NCBI GenBank assembly: GCA_965644315.1
Contig: CBFFRQ010000089.1
Location: 62,001 to 126,000, forward strand
Reading direction: 5' to 3'
Length of the DNA stretch: 64,000 nucleotides
Origin: Caecitellus pseudoparvulus
Taxonomy: Eukaryota > Protista > Bigyra: Bicosoecida
Numbering within the stretch: the first letter of the stretch is position 1; the number at the start of each line of letters is the position of its first letter. The notes under the pieces were generated by a model that saw nothing but the letters and a program-made list of their open reading frames with translations, was not told the origin of the DNA and did not search any database. A program made the position numbers and the translations under genes. Shown piece after piece: positions 48,001 to 55,050 of this stretch.

Positions 48001-49147
48001 TCCTGGGCACGAGAGTGTTCGTCGTAATGCTTGGCTCAAATGGGGAACCGCCTGAAATGGTGAACTCCTCGAACTCAAAGCCACTGATGGAGGTGGCGCC
48101 AGAGCCTAAAATGTTCAGCGTGCGGGACATGGTGGCGGGTGACGCAGGGTCATCGGTGGCCCGCGCTTCGAACGACCCAATCGCCTCGTTGAAGGGGTAT
48201 CCGTCGAGGCCAAAGTCGTCACCCAGACCGACAAACTCGACAGAGAACTCAATCGCCTCGCCGCCTATGGTCAGGTCCAAAGTGAGCGTTTCCCCGGCGC
48301 TGCAGTCTGGGGAGGGAATGGAAGTCACCAGCAAGTGTTCGCCGATGCCGTCAGCTGCCGCCACGTTCGTGACGCTGAGGACAGGGTTGTTTGAGGGAGT
48401 GCACTCGCTCGTTGCGCCGACTGTTGGAGTGGTGGGTGTGATGATGTCGGCGCCGTCCAGGTTGCTCCAGACGTACAGATCAAGCAGAGTGGTGCTGCCC
48501 ACGTACACGCCCTCGCCTGTGCCAGACCCTGTGGCGTCGAAGTTGGCGTAGGCGGTGGCAGACTGGTCTGCGCCGATGAAGGTGGTGCCGTCAGCCTTGG
48601 TGAAGAGCAGGGGCAGGTGGCACTCCTTGATGGCCGGATTGTGAGTATGGGAACCCGAGCCACAAGTGACGTCCTCGTTGCACACAGGCATGTGTGTGGT
48701 AGCGCAGTCGTCGGAGGCGTAGGTCACGGTTCCACCAGAATCGCTGCCGCTGAAGCAGGCGTCAGCGCCACCCTCCACAATGCCTTGCATGGCAGTGCCG
48801 TCCAGCTCAGAAAGCAAGAGGGTCACGAGCTCTTGGGACATGGGCTCGCCGTCGTGGGTGACGAACTCGTTGTCGGCCGCCACCCACTTGCCGATGTGCA
48901 AGCTGTTGGTTGTGTGCTCAGAGGCAACTGCCACCACTTCAGCTGTGGTGGAGGGAGCCCACACGGAAAAGCATGATGCAGCAACACTCGTACCAGCTGT
49001 CACAGACCCAAGGGAGGTGCATGACAGCTTGTCAGTGCCCCACTGCGCCAGGGAGCCGGTGGTGCAGCTTGGAGCTGCCACCACGCCTTGGCCGGCCAGC
49101 AGCAAGCCTGCTGCGGCAACGAGGAGGACGCTTTGAATGGTCCGCAT
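36098..49147 (-). CDS. Giant cadherin-repeat single-pass surface protein (~4349 aa)
   Basis: Signal peptide MRTIQSVLLVAAAGLLLAGQGVVA. Roughly 25 repeats with cadherin Ca2+-binding motifs (DxND/NExP, [LF]DFE/LDAE, DxD). S/T/P stalk at ~37600-37850, propeller-like region at ~36400-37600, TM GALGAGIAIIAVLVVAIGAFMVY and a short tail. Confidence 0.9.
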   Translation of the reverse strand: MRTIQSVLLVAAAGLLLAGQGVVAAPSCTTGSLAQWGTDKLSCTSLGSVTAGTSVAASCFSVWAPSTTAEVVAVASEHTTNSLHIGKWVAADNEFVTHDGEPMSQELVTLLLSELDGTAMQGIVEGGADACFSGSDSGGTVTYASDDCATTHMPVCNEDVTCGSGSHTHNPAIKECHLPLLFTKADGTTFIGADQSATAYANFDATGSGTGEGVYVGSTTLLDLYVWSNLDGADIITPTTPTVGATSECTPSNNPVLSVTNVAAADGIGEHLLVTSIPSPDCSAGETLTLDLTIGGEAIEFSVEFVGLGDDFGLDGYPFNEAIGSFEARATDDPASPATMSRTLNILGSGATSISGFEFEEFTISGGSPFEPSITTNTLVPRTADVRGKDAGGSLEETLVMYLLPQARTGQDNPPFGFEFDTEGATDPVPELDSGDRVVLAGQLKANDLDELMVSNGPWSIAAHSSVIVGKTTGRVYLVGAVNFETTPTVTVAEALLDGVAVNSSAFTITIQNVNEPTTVEFTQLDGAAETSPLSLDEKTEYTLTFEITDGDIVAGDGTTVPDLEWAGPASDLLGLTTIEDGAGMTVELGKATYTLTIADTDLVARAVFDKANEGVSDGPLDCDGTWSLDLSFESGDSGVQSVTLDISNLETGDEPAFGTPPTPAAVDEDSTTAVSFTIDVVGPDLFPGCTPGFAVAGTVPSDTQTVTATSADIVDVDGSTGKSTVTVQVPGVPSMRTLFDADSASYDGTDGSLDWDFSLTLDTDVDTATVTVPVDTTGVSLTITGSDVSIDENAGGTATFTVVGADIMPGAEFYGNFSLSGPHFTPNTWATTKSAGSSNSATQGELSVTVTIPADTLDYPTLYDAAGDVTYPDSAPLTLTLTSDLDSQTGTLDLNVADVPEDAGSVTWTEASTLEITEGDSAGTILSVTVSDPDVLEGVPATFPTCFVTLDDEGDLPNSVSSVLLQSSPVYLLGSVVGVEYTLSGIFDFEAYAAQSSLEYTGPSSESHEVSVIIECDNTQSIEKPLTLKNVQELPDEDDFSFTVLNTVDENSESDEDIVTISIATDEFAFDFVTELQFANRDSADHATVPTGATATVTEELKDVTPRDGSATVEVSVPQHISFSLPASSWNRDGDDVVATAQISTFNLEELMEEAGVAFSNYDPEGMSAFDLRLVVLANNGQDVVASSNSFTPKLGNVPESATLCSAAAGASTATIFEVNSQATSTDPVRTAIEVVLTCDDVEGDQILDGIVDVDPVESATVTETSITPVQLPSVYDQGYFDVGLLDATQDYSFSRNATFEAEGYNFEGIVRHQFDPTQWTYSNSISFTFVAAVRIENYYGKVESLTLTVEDVDETHLESIDSKNFKCKEHRNGSITAEPVTEADTFLLKIVDEDYVPSSMVSDGTGFFSLEPRIDEDTGVELSTVLAFDRKPPKFTMEGTEVIYDVECSAFNLEELAFKDDNVGFPSSNNRSTQVIIKVGFPDSSSVDLENVNFFLEDRNDLPVGLGLLRFRSFVVPENAAAGTPIARLDTADEDRLARDDPITKVRVFSLGAQVEPYEIAPGVWGIRVAEGANFNLEDRQDSLQGDPSNLETSTDLDLKADTTTEELYNPVAQGGGRRRRRAQAGRFDPYTSVLEDETLHIVSLIDSCATIPDLDDVLNSNLRRPYLSSSTSHPEHLELPGDSEPLLRVDGVAYRSTPMCIVMYDCGGPERTAPETCDPEDPNMVVSARAFSTILYVQDQNDAPELKDVNLVPGAEPEFTNNFTLVENTPRDTPFGTLEFFDEDAGDKVASVTVLGDQAAEFEVVFSGTQWRIHNKKAFDFETPEANSAGSNSILVNIRITDFQDEGPPASRVVPITVNIADANEVRHTVTGVDLEISETADGTGAGSGASMGTVTLGKAHHLGRDIVSATVVSTSLPGLDASDLSVDVSNAHTSDKVLTVTYFGASDNPIFDHEAGNGQFTVDLRVVDSGTPALTSVLTVSVDITDVNEKPVLQVAPGGPTYSFEIGLPVRATGLIVEFSDEDADATLPTAADFTVTSSADTDDGPPAFFVRAVEGSTTQFELVASSQATFTDATTYTITSIVVNNNLDSDALTNIDIVAELKTYHPELAEGADTTVSFTELSTTPETIAMVDNDLSGFDASDYTIVVDGGGATYMGLTFTLAQDSGTDLDLVITPDAAVDIDAPGTLSETQTVSVTVAQTGTGFENSAATFDVTINVTPVNEVATAAAVAIATPTLLEDAKDLMTGMYTAQVVTAITVTDPEGDASPAAGVTATVADDSYLQVMYESGAWVIKTHELDLASLGDSPAPLDCTVTFSGTGETGQDSAVSTQACALTVTNREEVPTVKTSYLPSSPKMADVREESVSKVVFTLTDDDLNDGDNADFLPADHRITAAVLSGESPLGGPGADQSFFVVDLNTDSTPHTVTISTNDADGPLLNHEDEMPHTFDLVVTTSDGNAASEADVTISYRVEVTDLQKAPFMLDGPGGAVVNSATLSVDENSPINSVVGPLFFADDDNDVVESVEIIGPASNLFTITPDLNGADNFVVLTLTTFDAEDDQPNEYTFAARIKELKAAGTFAHSRTVTITITIDNVPEAPVFTAPHEIQWSEFAAMDMVDGIRGTWAQITEPDSVPGPIPLGVVQITDVDTDASGITLSTSNPAFDFDGHELRLIDTPAGGLSQADFERAGGPATMLVDVSATDGDNTVTQTIAVKIMDGNDEPVIVGSGATAEISEHPNAGTPIAVPGTSTPGPITPAVVAFFDQDGDVADIADSLTLTVEPAYFQDLFTLAPGLVAAEPDNYVAIVYNPAGGKSLDFEDAMMPASGELTMTVTGMDVWSGDAEDMFEPVEHTFTVSVQNTNEAPVAVASAFTVQESTAETADATFDVVIADIDEADMLSVASLSVTGTPAGTVMLAHSESFAAGAKGRPGLLTVTVTVEEGDFETDPTFTADLVVSGDSAGDATFPLTVTLTDFNEVPVVTLVGTGTSGQLEVEENSVNVVGQVSIDDPEGAISSTDVHLVGTSWFEISFDSVSGTESLWNVELVVDPLDFEADATDANLDFNIIVNDGTGRSFSGEVVLVDVLEAMSVDTSTIHLREGSATTTASVVITDPDLESLSIAAAAGSGNIGSGIVLTTEAAAPGTITAVFTGGEGLDFEGSPQFAYELVVNKAGADTTFTITIMVDDYNEAPVTVLPSAFTLNENSPSGTAVSETFTVNNPEGDLPASAITTDNARWGVQGTSSPNAYKLVQLGAPFDFEADQASPDLTFHIIIDDSADTVAGLDDPMVEGALRMVEVSVALSDVPEEPIFAAATTTSFTVPESNLGGGKLGPAAAFLYVSDPDDVAGVDLDSMTLTLTGSTPAADDVHALFGITKVSAGQWSLENKELTLDLLAGMAPSYTLHFTAVDAAGNTNTQLSVSVTMGSMAPFLVSTPELFVNENVPLVSRVAFLSLVDVDGGVVTGVTVLGEGASTFRVSNSGNRWIMTTLAPLDAETKDTYSFPIVIADNSVPPSERAVDVVVHIVDRNEYPSRPSTQPGAPVSFAFAEGVAAGEWFGMLPTFDVDRNETGLLRITAQTPNTFSDSGDDWILVRHEAGWALSNAFDADYEAGQDAESTITIELADEREPTVVTATFTVKVQVLNVNEGGMLTTGTTFSVAEDVGYQQELDVGRTVGTIVWSDEDDFTGHTAQYTAAIQGDVPFTLVSTGPKAWDIDTAAGIDFEAVSSYTFDVVVADADPLVLPNAAEGQMGKSWTTTYTIAVSDVAEPTVTATPSVTATPSSSASPSVTAAVTPSRTAVPTPSSTSAVTPSATPTRTAVPSRSPGAVPTASVSPSAAATPSTTPVPGVVQRVGRGLTQLGAVVPLGSETGSTPPTLLFSATSISTGNELYRQDFPAAVSLAAELADGTLSSSPSQLRRVPAQDAVCFVAASTQHGKEVFCYTNADRVWLASDISPGAAGSNPKILAITGSALIVSANVQGSSRSAIYRVSVDASAPNTWSKVGDLHNARLYTKTASGAYFVATGADDQEHVYTGMGAVVSAIDTTSATAIVIESMAAAKDSLILSGSDAAGVVSVRLFTPDATGPTTGTVITLGLARRALSGRALQSVRSPRFMTTLGDDVYFAWRSESDPSKDALWRVQATGEATEVAMIPKPSSAPTTATVRAASIIAAGGSIFVESSGTSGDATVTDIFKWVDGTWFALSSRDVSAGRDVGSNPGALTSISDNAFSYSATASGESSPDTFIFDAARSATASAVMPSVSPTPSGSPVPAAQASQPEPEAEDNSGALGAGIAIIAVLVVAIGAFMVYRAGVCSKRKEPEAVPATPVNQGAAAPAAPAATTAEPAQA

Positions 49148-50576
49148 CTGGAAACAGAAGAGGAAGAACGAGGTGTGCCCGGCGTCAGTGGGCTTGGCTT
49201 GGAGTAAGAGTGGGATGTGTGCGGAACGGGCGGCGCGCGGAGAACAAGCAGGCTCACACCGACGCGGGACACACACTAAGAGGTGAAGAGCAAGTTTAGG
49301 CAGCATTACAGACACGTTGGTGCTGTTCTCACTGTCAAAACACAATGAGCAGCGCATACGTGCAAGGCACAGTGACGTATGTATGGGGCTGAAAGTGGCG
49401 ACATCAGTAGCGGTCGAGGCTGAAGAACGCGCTCCCGAGACTCCAAGCCCTCAACAAGCAGCATCAATCGCACACAGAGCAACATGCATGTAACAAGATC
49501 AACGTGTGCGGACGGAGGCGAGCGGAACGCACCTTGGCACTGAGCAATCACCCCAGTGATGTGATGCAGTGCACTGTCGGCTCGAGCCGATAGTGCAAGA
49601 GCACGGTGCGCGCCGTGCTGGTGTCCCTGGCGAATCAGGGACAGAAGGTGTACTGGGGAGTTCATTTTGGGTGCGGACGGACTTTGAACGAATGAGAGGA
49701 CCCCCCCTATCGCGCCGCCGGAGGGGGCAAAGGAGGGTCGAGCGTGGACGCCCACACCACCTCGAAACTAGCGCACCCTTCCCCACGCCTGCGCGCATTG
49801 CTCCGCGGGGCTCCGTGGGGAAAAGGCACGCCTACGTGAGCAACGTGGTCAAAGTTTTCAGCTCCTTGCATGGCCTGCTCTGCAAGCCTCGTGGAAAACA
49901 CGCACGGCTCGCCTGAGGGGCGCGGAATCGGGAGCCGCACAGGGCTTCTTCTTTCTCCTACCAGAGCGCACCGAGCTCTAGGCTGAGGAGAAAAGAAAGC
50001 AGCTCATGGACTACGAACAAGCATTTCTCTCATCAGCCTGCCGGCTGACCCGCTCCAGATCCTGTTGAGCCTGCACGGAGCAGCGGGCCTTCCGTCGGTG
50101 AAACTGGACGAGGAAACGGCAGCGACACAAAGCAAACTGGACAAACGCTGTACTGAAGACTGAGGAAGGCGAGCTGCCGACAACTTCAGGCTGTAAATCC
50201 AACCTACATAGGGTCGAAAGACGGTCTCCACCTTCCATTTTCCAGCCCGCAATCTCCAGCGAAGCGCCGGAGTGCCTACCGTCGCCTTCGCTCAGGACAG
50301 AGCGTTTCCTGCGAGGTGCACTACTCCGGCAGGCGAATCCCCCTCCCAACGTGCCCCAGCACCCATCCCGCATGCCCACGACGAAAGCGGTGCACATTCC
50401 AGGAGTGACCAGCACACCGTGGGGACCCGTGACCGGTCCCTGTCGTCTGTCTATCTCGCGAAACGACAATCAGATCAGCGGCAGCAAGCACGCGAGGCAC
50501 CACCTACCCCACTTCATCCTGACGCGTGAACACCAGGGCAGTCAAAGAAGTACATTTTCCCACGCTCCGTCCCACA

Positions 50577-52478
50577 CTACCTCCCCATGCTCGGCCCAGA
50601 GACGTAGCTCCCCTTCCCCGTCCCTGCCAACCCTGCTCCTGCGTTGAAACAGGGCAGGTCGGGCGGGGGCTCCTCACGCAGCAACAGGGCGTTGGCTGCG
50701 ACACCTGCATGGTTGGCGCTAGATAGGCCCACGACTTTGTGCGCGTTGCGGTGCAGCAGCTGCGCCGCCTTGCGCCTGCGTGCGTTATCGCCGCGTTTCA
50801 CCCGCACGTCCAGAAACGACGCATCCACCTCTGCCCCCCCCGCCAGCCCGGCTGCACCCAGCGTGAAAGCGCCTGCCCTCCCCAGTGCGCCTTCCTGTGT
50901 GCCCCATCGAGACATGCCAGCTTTGCCATGCTGATGCCGCTGTACGTGCTGGCCACAACCTCTCGGGTGGCTATGCGGCGCTCCAACTGCTGCCACACGA
51001 GCTGCTGCTGCCGCCGCCGCCCGCCGGCCCCCCGCCCCGTGACGTGCCACATCGTCTGCCCTACCTTCACCCCGCCTCCACACCTGCGATTCCGTCAAGG
51101 CTGCTGTGCCGCCCTTGCTCACTGCACAGTCCACTCCTGTCAGCGCTGTGGAGGCGGCAGCTGGGCCCATCGCCGCCGCCACACGTGCGCTGCCCACTGT
51201 GCTGCTCAGAGCAGTGGCTGGCAGGATAGCAGCTGTGTACCGTGGGGCCAGGGCAAATCTGCTGCCGGGGGGAGCTGGCGCTGTGAGGTGTGAGGTGGCA
51301 GCTCGCGCCGCGGCGATGGCTGGGTACATGGTTTGCAAAGCCGTGATGCGTTGCAGCCGGGCACGGCGCACTGCAGCCTGGAAGGCGTGGAAGTCAACTG
51401 AGTCACCTGCCACGCGTTGCAGGGGCGCCAACAGACGTGTCACCTGACCTGGGTCGATGCGAGGCATTTCTGGCACGATGTCCCGCAGTGCACGCAGTGA
51501 CTCCTCCTTCTCCCCTGCGTTGAGGGCGCCGATGCGTTGCGGCGGCAGCACCACGCTGAGGGCGTCCCACGCCTCTACCTCATCCAGCAGACACCGCAGT
51601 TCAAATGCCCCCAGCGGGCGCTGGCCTGCGGGACCCCCCTTCAACCCCCCTGTCACGGGGTCAAGCGGCCCGTACTCCGCCACCACGAACAGACGAGCAG
51701 CCGAGCGAGGGTGCTGCACGTGCGGCGGAAAGACGAAATCCATCAGCTGGCCCTCTGACACGCTGCTGCTGCCGCCCTGCGCGACACGTGTCGTGCGCAG
51801 CTCAGCGGCAGCAGCGGCAGAGCGGGCGAACTGCTCCAGCACGGCGCGGGTGCGTTGCAGGCCCTGCTGCGTTACGGGTGCCCAGGCGCAGGTGACATCA
51901 CCTGCATGCTCTCCTTCCGCCAGCCACCCCCGCAGCATCCCCCGCAGTGACTCCCCCCGCCCACTCGCACTGCTGCCCTTGCCACGGGGGCTGCCCTCAC
52001 CCGCCGCTGCCTGGACTGGGCCCAACACGCCCACCAGCACACCCAACGCAGAGACGCCTGCAGTCGAGGCCTTGGTGGATTTGGACGCCTTCTGCTGCGC
52101 AGGTGGGGCGGCAGCGGACGCCAGAGTCAACGCCAACGCGCCTCCGGCAGTGAGAGCATCCAACGCAGCCGGCGCGACACGGCGCAGGCCCACGGCAGAT
52201 GCGTCAGCTGTTCCAGGGCGCTTCTTCGACGCAGCACCCTTTCGAGGTGTTTCAGCTCCATCCTCTGCCTCTTGCACGCACATGGCCTTCAGCAGACGTC
52301 GGGCAGCGGCTCGGTTGCACGCGACGGGCTGGGAGTGCAAAATCCGCAAGCCAGCGTCCAGCAGCCACGCTTCGACGCGTTCGAGGTGCTGCGCGGCAGG
52401 TTCGCTCAGAACCAGAATAGCATCCCGCACTTGGTCGTCTGGCTCCGCTGCGGGGGCGTCGGCTGCCTTGCGAGGCAT
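50577..52478 (-). CDS. Hypothetical protein with a degenerate NDK-like N-terminal domain
   Basis: AILVLSEPAAQHLERVEAWLLDAGLRI resembles the NDK start (TLxxIKPD...I...GF.I), but no catalytic HGSD is present. ATG at 52478. In-frame introns are possible. Confidence 0.5.
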   Translation of the reverse strand: MPRKAADAPAAEPDDQVRDAILVLSEPAAQHLERVEAWLLDAGLRILHSQPVACNRAAARRLLKAMCVQEAEDGAETPRKGAASKKRPGTADASAVGLRRVAPAALDALTAGGALALTLASAAAPPAQQKASKSTKASTAGVSALGVLVGVLGPVQAAAGEGSPRGKGSSASGRGESLRGMLRGWLAEGEHAGDVTCAWAPVTQQGLQRTRAVLEQFARSAAAAAELRTTRVAQGGSSSVSEGQLMDFVFPPHVQHPRSAARLFVVAEYGPLDPVTGGLKGGPAGQRPLGAFELRCLLDEVEAWDALSVVLPPQRIGALNAGEKEESLRALRDIVPEMPRIDPGQVTRLLAPLQRVAGDSVDFHAFQAAVRRARLQRITALQTMYPAIAAARAATSHLTAPAPPGSRFALAPRYTAAILPATALSSTVGSARVAAAMGPAAASTALTGVDCAVSKGGTAALTESQVWRRGEGRADDVARHGAGGRRAAAAAAARVAAVGAPHSHPRGCGQHVQRHQHGKAGMSRWGTQEGALGRAGAFTLGAAGLAGGAEVDASFLDVRVKRGDNARRRKAAQLLHRNAHKVVGLSSANHAGVAANALLLREEPPPDLPCFNAGAGLAGTGKGSYVSGPSMGR

Positions 52479-52996
52479 GGGTGGTGGGTTTGCCGCGAGC
52501 AACCAAAAACGCAGTTTCTCCTGGCGTAGCGGCTGAGGATGGGGCTGGTCTGGAGGGCACACGCAAGTCCCTTGCCGCGCATCAAGCCGCTTTCTTTGTT
52601 CAACGTACCTGCCTGATGCGGTGTGGATTGAAAATTGAGCCATTGAAGTTGTGTATTGCAAGATATGCGGCGTGTACCGGCGAAGACTAACAGCGTATCC
52701 TCACCATATCTCTGCTCTATGGCACGAATGAGTTTGTGTCTTGTTAAATCCACGTATCACCGAAGCAGCATTGGCTTGCACTCACATGCACACTTGAGTC
52801 CTTGCCCCTCACCTCATGGGTCCTGATTCGCATCGCTTCACGCTTCCCAGACGGCCTCCACTTCTGGCGCGCCGCACGGCAGTCACGCCGCGGCCTCAAA
52901 ATCGCGCCGCACACACGACACCCCGTCCGCCACGCAGCACCCCTCTCGCCTCCTTCGCACGCCTGTTCCGAGCCATTGGCGACCTTGTCAGCAGGC

Positions 52997-54844
52997 ATGC
53001 TGGCTCGTGCAGCCCTCCTCGCTGCGGCGTGTGCCGTGGCTGTCGCTGGGCAGGCGCTCACCCCCGCCACCTGTGACGGCGCCACGCTCACCCTGCCCAG
53101 CGGCACCGACATCACCTTCACGCCCGATGCTGTTCCGACCCTGCGGGAGGTGTTCAGCGTCCGCTCCCTGGCCGAACTGAAGCGGGTGGTGGGGGGTGGC
53201 TTGCTGGCGCACCTGCCTCGGGCGTGGGCTGCAGTGCAGTTGGAAGGGCCGCGGGGCAGCACGCTGCGGGTGCGCTGGGGCAGCCTGCTGCATGCAGAGG
53301 ATGTGTGGGTGTCCTTGTTTCCCCGGCGGCGGCAGCTGCCCGCGCTGGCGCCGGCGGTGGCGCCCGGCGCAAGTGCCCAGAGGTTGGTTGTGACAGTGAC
53401 GGCGCCGCCAGGGGAGGGGGCTGTGGCGGTGCGCTGCACACAGGTGCCTGTGTCTTGGAAGTATGTGGGTTTGTTTGCAGGGGGCATGTTCATGTTCCTC
53501 TTCGCCGAGGGGCTCGCAGAGAACGCCCTCTTTTACTACAGCACAGGTGAGCGGCGTGGCGGCAAGCAATTTCCGCGCCACGCCGTGACACTTGCACGCC
53601 CGCTTCCTGCACAGGCACTGCGCTGGGTGCGCTGCTGTCCATCGTCCTCCTCGCGTACATGTTGTATCGGAACCGGAAGTCCCCCCTCGTGGCAGGCACG
53701 GTGGGCTTGTCTGCCTTCACCGCCGGCGCTGCTGCGTTGTTTGGCGAGGGCAGCCCCTCCGCCGCGCTGCTGCGCCTGCTGGCCCAGGAGAACGTGCAGC
53801 TGGTGGCGGGGGCTTGGTTGGGCCTGTCTTGTCTCCTCACCCTGGCACTGCTGTACTACTACGGCCCCCCCCAGGCTCCCCGCACTCAGACGTTGCTGCG
53901 CCTCAGCATTCGCCTGCTGGGGCTGGCGGTGGCGGCGTGTGGCTTCAGCACGCCGGCAGGGGCGTTGGCGGGGGCAGCTGTCTGCCTGCTGCTGTACACG
54001 CTACGTATGGTGGGTCTCTTTGTCTGGTTGGGGCTCTTCACCGTCCTGCGCCTGCTGGGCTGCGTCAACGCGTATTACGAGTACTGCACCTGCTGCCTGC
54101 CGCGGCACCGCTTCCGCAGCGTGGCGGAGGCTGATGCATTGACGGAACGCGTCACTCGGGAGAGCCTGCAGGCACTGCGGGCGGAGTTCGAGGCCAACTT
54201 CGGGTGCGTCACGTGGTGCGCGTCGCCCCCCCCCCCCCCGCACACCCCCTGACCCCCCCTCGCACCCCCTCTCTGCGCAGCAAGTGGGCAGGGCGCCTGA
54301 GTGACCAGGCGCTGGAGCGAGTGACGTCAGTGCTGCTGGCAGGCAAGCCCATGGTGGATCCGGCCGTGTTCCTGGAGGAGTCAACCATTGGTGCGTTGCA
54401 CGCCGACTGTCGTCACCGCAACTGGGCCGCAACACCCCCCCCCTCTCCGCCCCTGCAGATGTAGACGAGAACGGCTACTTGCTGCGCACAGACGAGATCC
54501 ACTCTGATGCGGAGATGATCGCGTCCATGCGCCGGCAAGAGGCGCTGCACGCAGCAGAGGACGCCGCCGCCGCCGCCGCTCGGCCGTATGCGGAGGGCTT
54601 CGACACGCCGACGAGTCAGTACAGCGTGGCGCGGTACCGCAGCATGTCTGCGTCACGGCAGAGTGTGTTTTCGTCGGGGGGCCGGGCGCGCAGTGGTGGG
54701 CGGGGGCGGGCAGGCGTCCTGCCGCGGCCACGGGGGGGTGCCGATATCGTGCCACCCCCCCCGCCGTCTTTCTCTGGCAGCGCCACGCCAGAGGGGGGGC
54801 CAGACCACTACGGGCAGGGGTTGCTGGGGCTGTCGCCACAGTGA
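52997..54844 (+). CDS. NEMP/TMEM194-like nuclear envelope integral membrane protein (multi-exon)
   Basis: Signal peptide, then LFAGGMFMFLFAEGLAENALFYYSTG|ALGALLSIVLL, further TM helices and RFRSVAEADALTERVTRESLQALR...WAGRLSD, matching the NEMP layout. The 3' exon structure is approximate. Confidence 0.7.
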
Positions 54845-55050
54845 GCTCCCTGTAGCAATGTGCACATCCTGAAGAAAATGCAAAACAACACGCCTCACAC
54901 CACTGCTTCGGCGTGTGGGAGGCGCTTGGGCGTGGCACGGCCTGCGACGGCGTTGGCGTTTCGCTGCACACCCCTCCCGCGCGGGCGTGTGCCCGTCCGC
55001 GCGACCGGCGCAAACTTGGCACGGACTGACGACCCCCTGACACATACAGC

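Noticed and set aside
36465-49299. Long plus-strand ORFs (e.g. 39851-42868) opposite the cadherin, and similar antisense ORFs over the OSCA, SK and coiled-coil genes
   Set aside because: Shadow ORFs caused by GC-rich codon bias; they carry no motifs.
49148-49357. N-terminal extension of the cadherin in the ORF track (similar extensions at 3899, 16440, 29353 and 52802)
   Set aside because: These use non-ATG starts. The signal peptide begins at ATG 49147, directly after a pyrimidine-rich CAG acceptor that suggests a 5' UTR intron.
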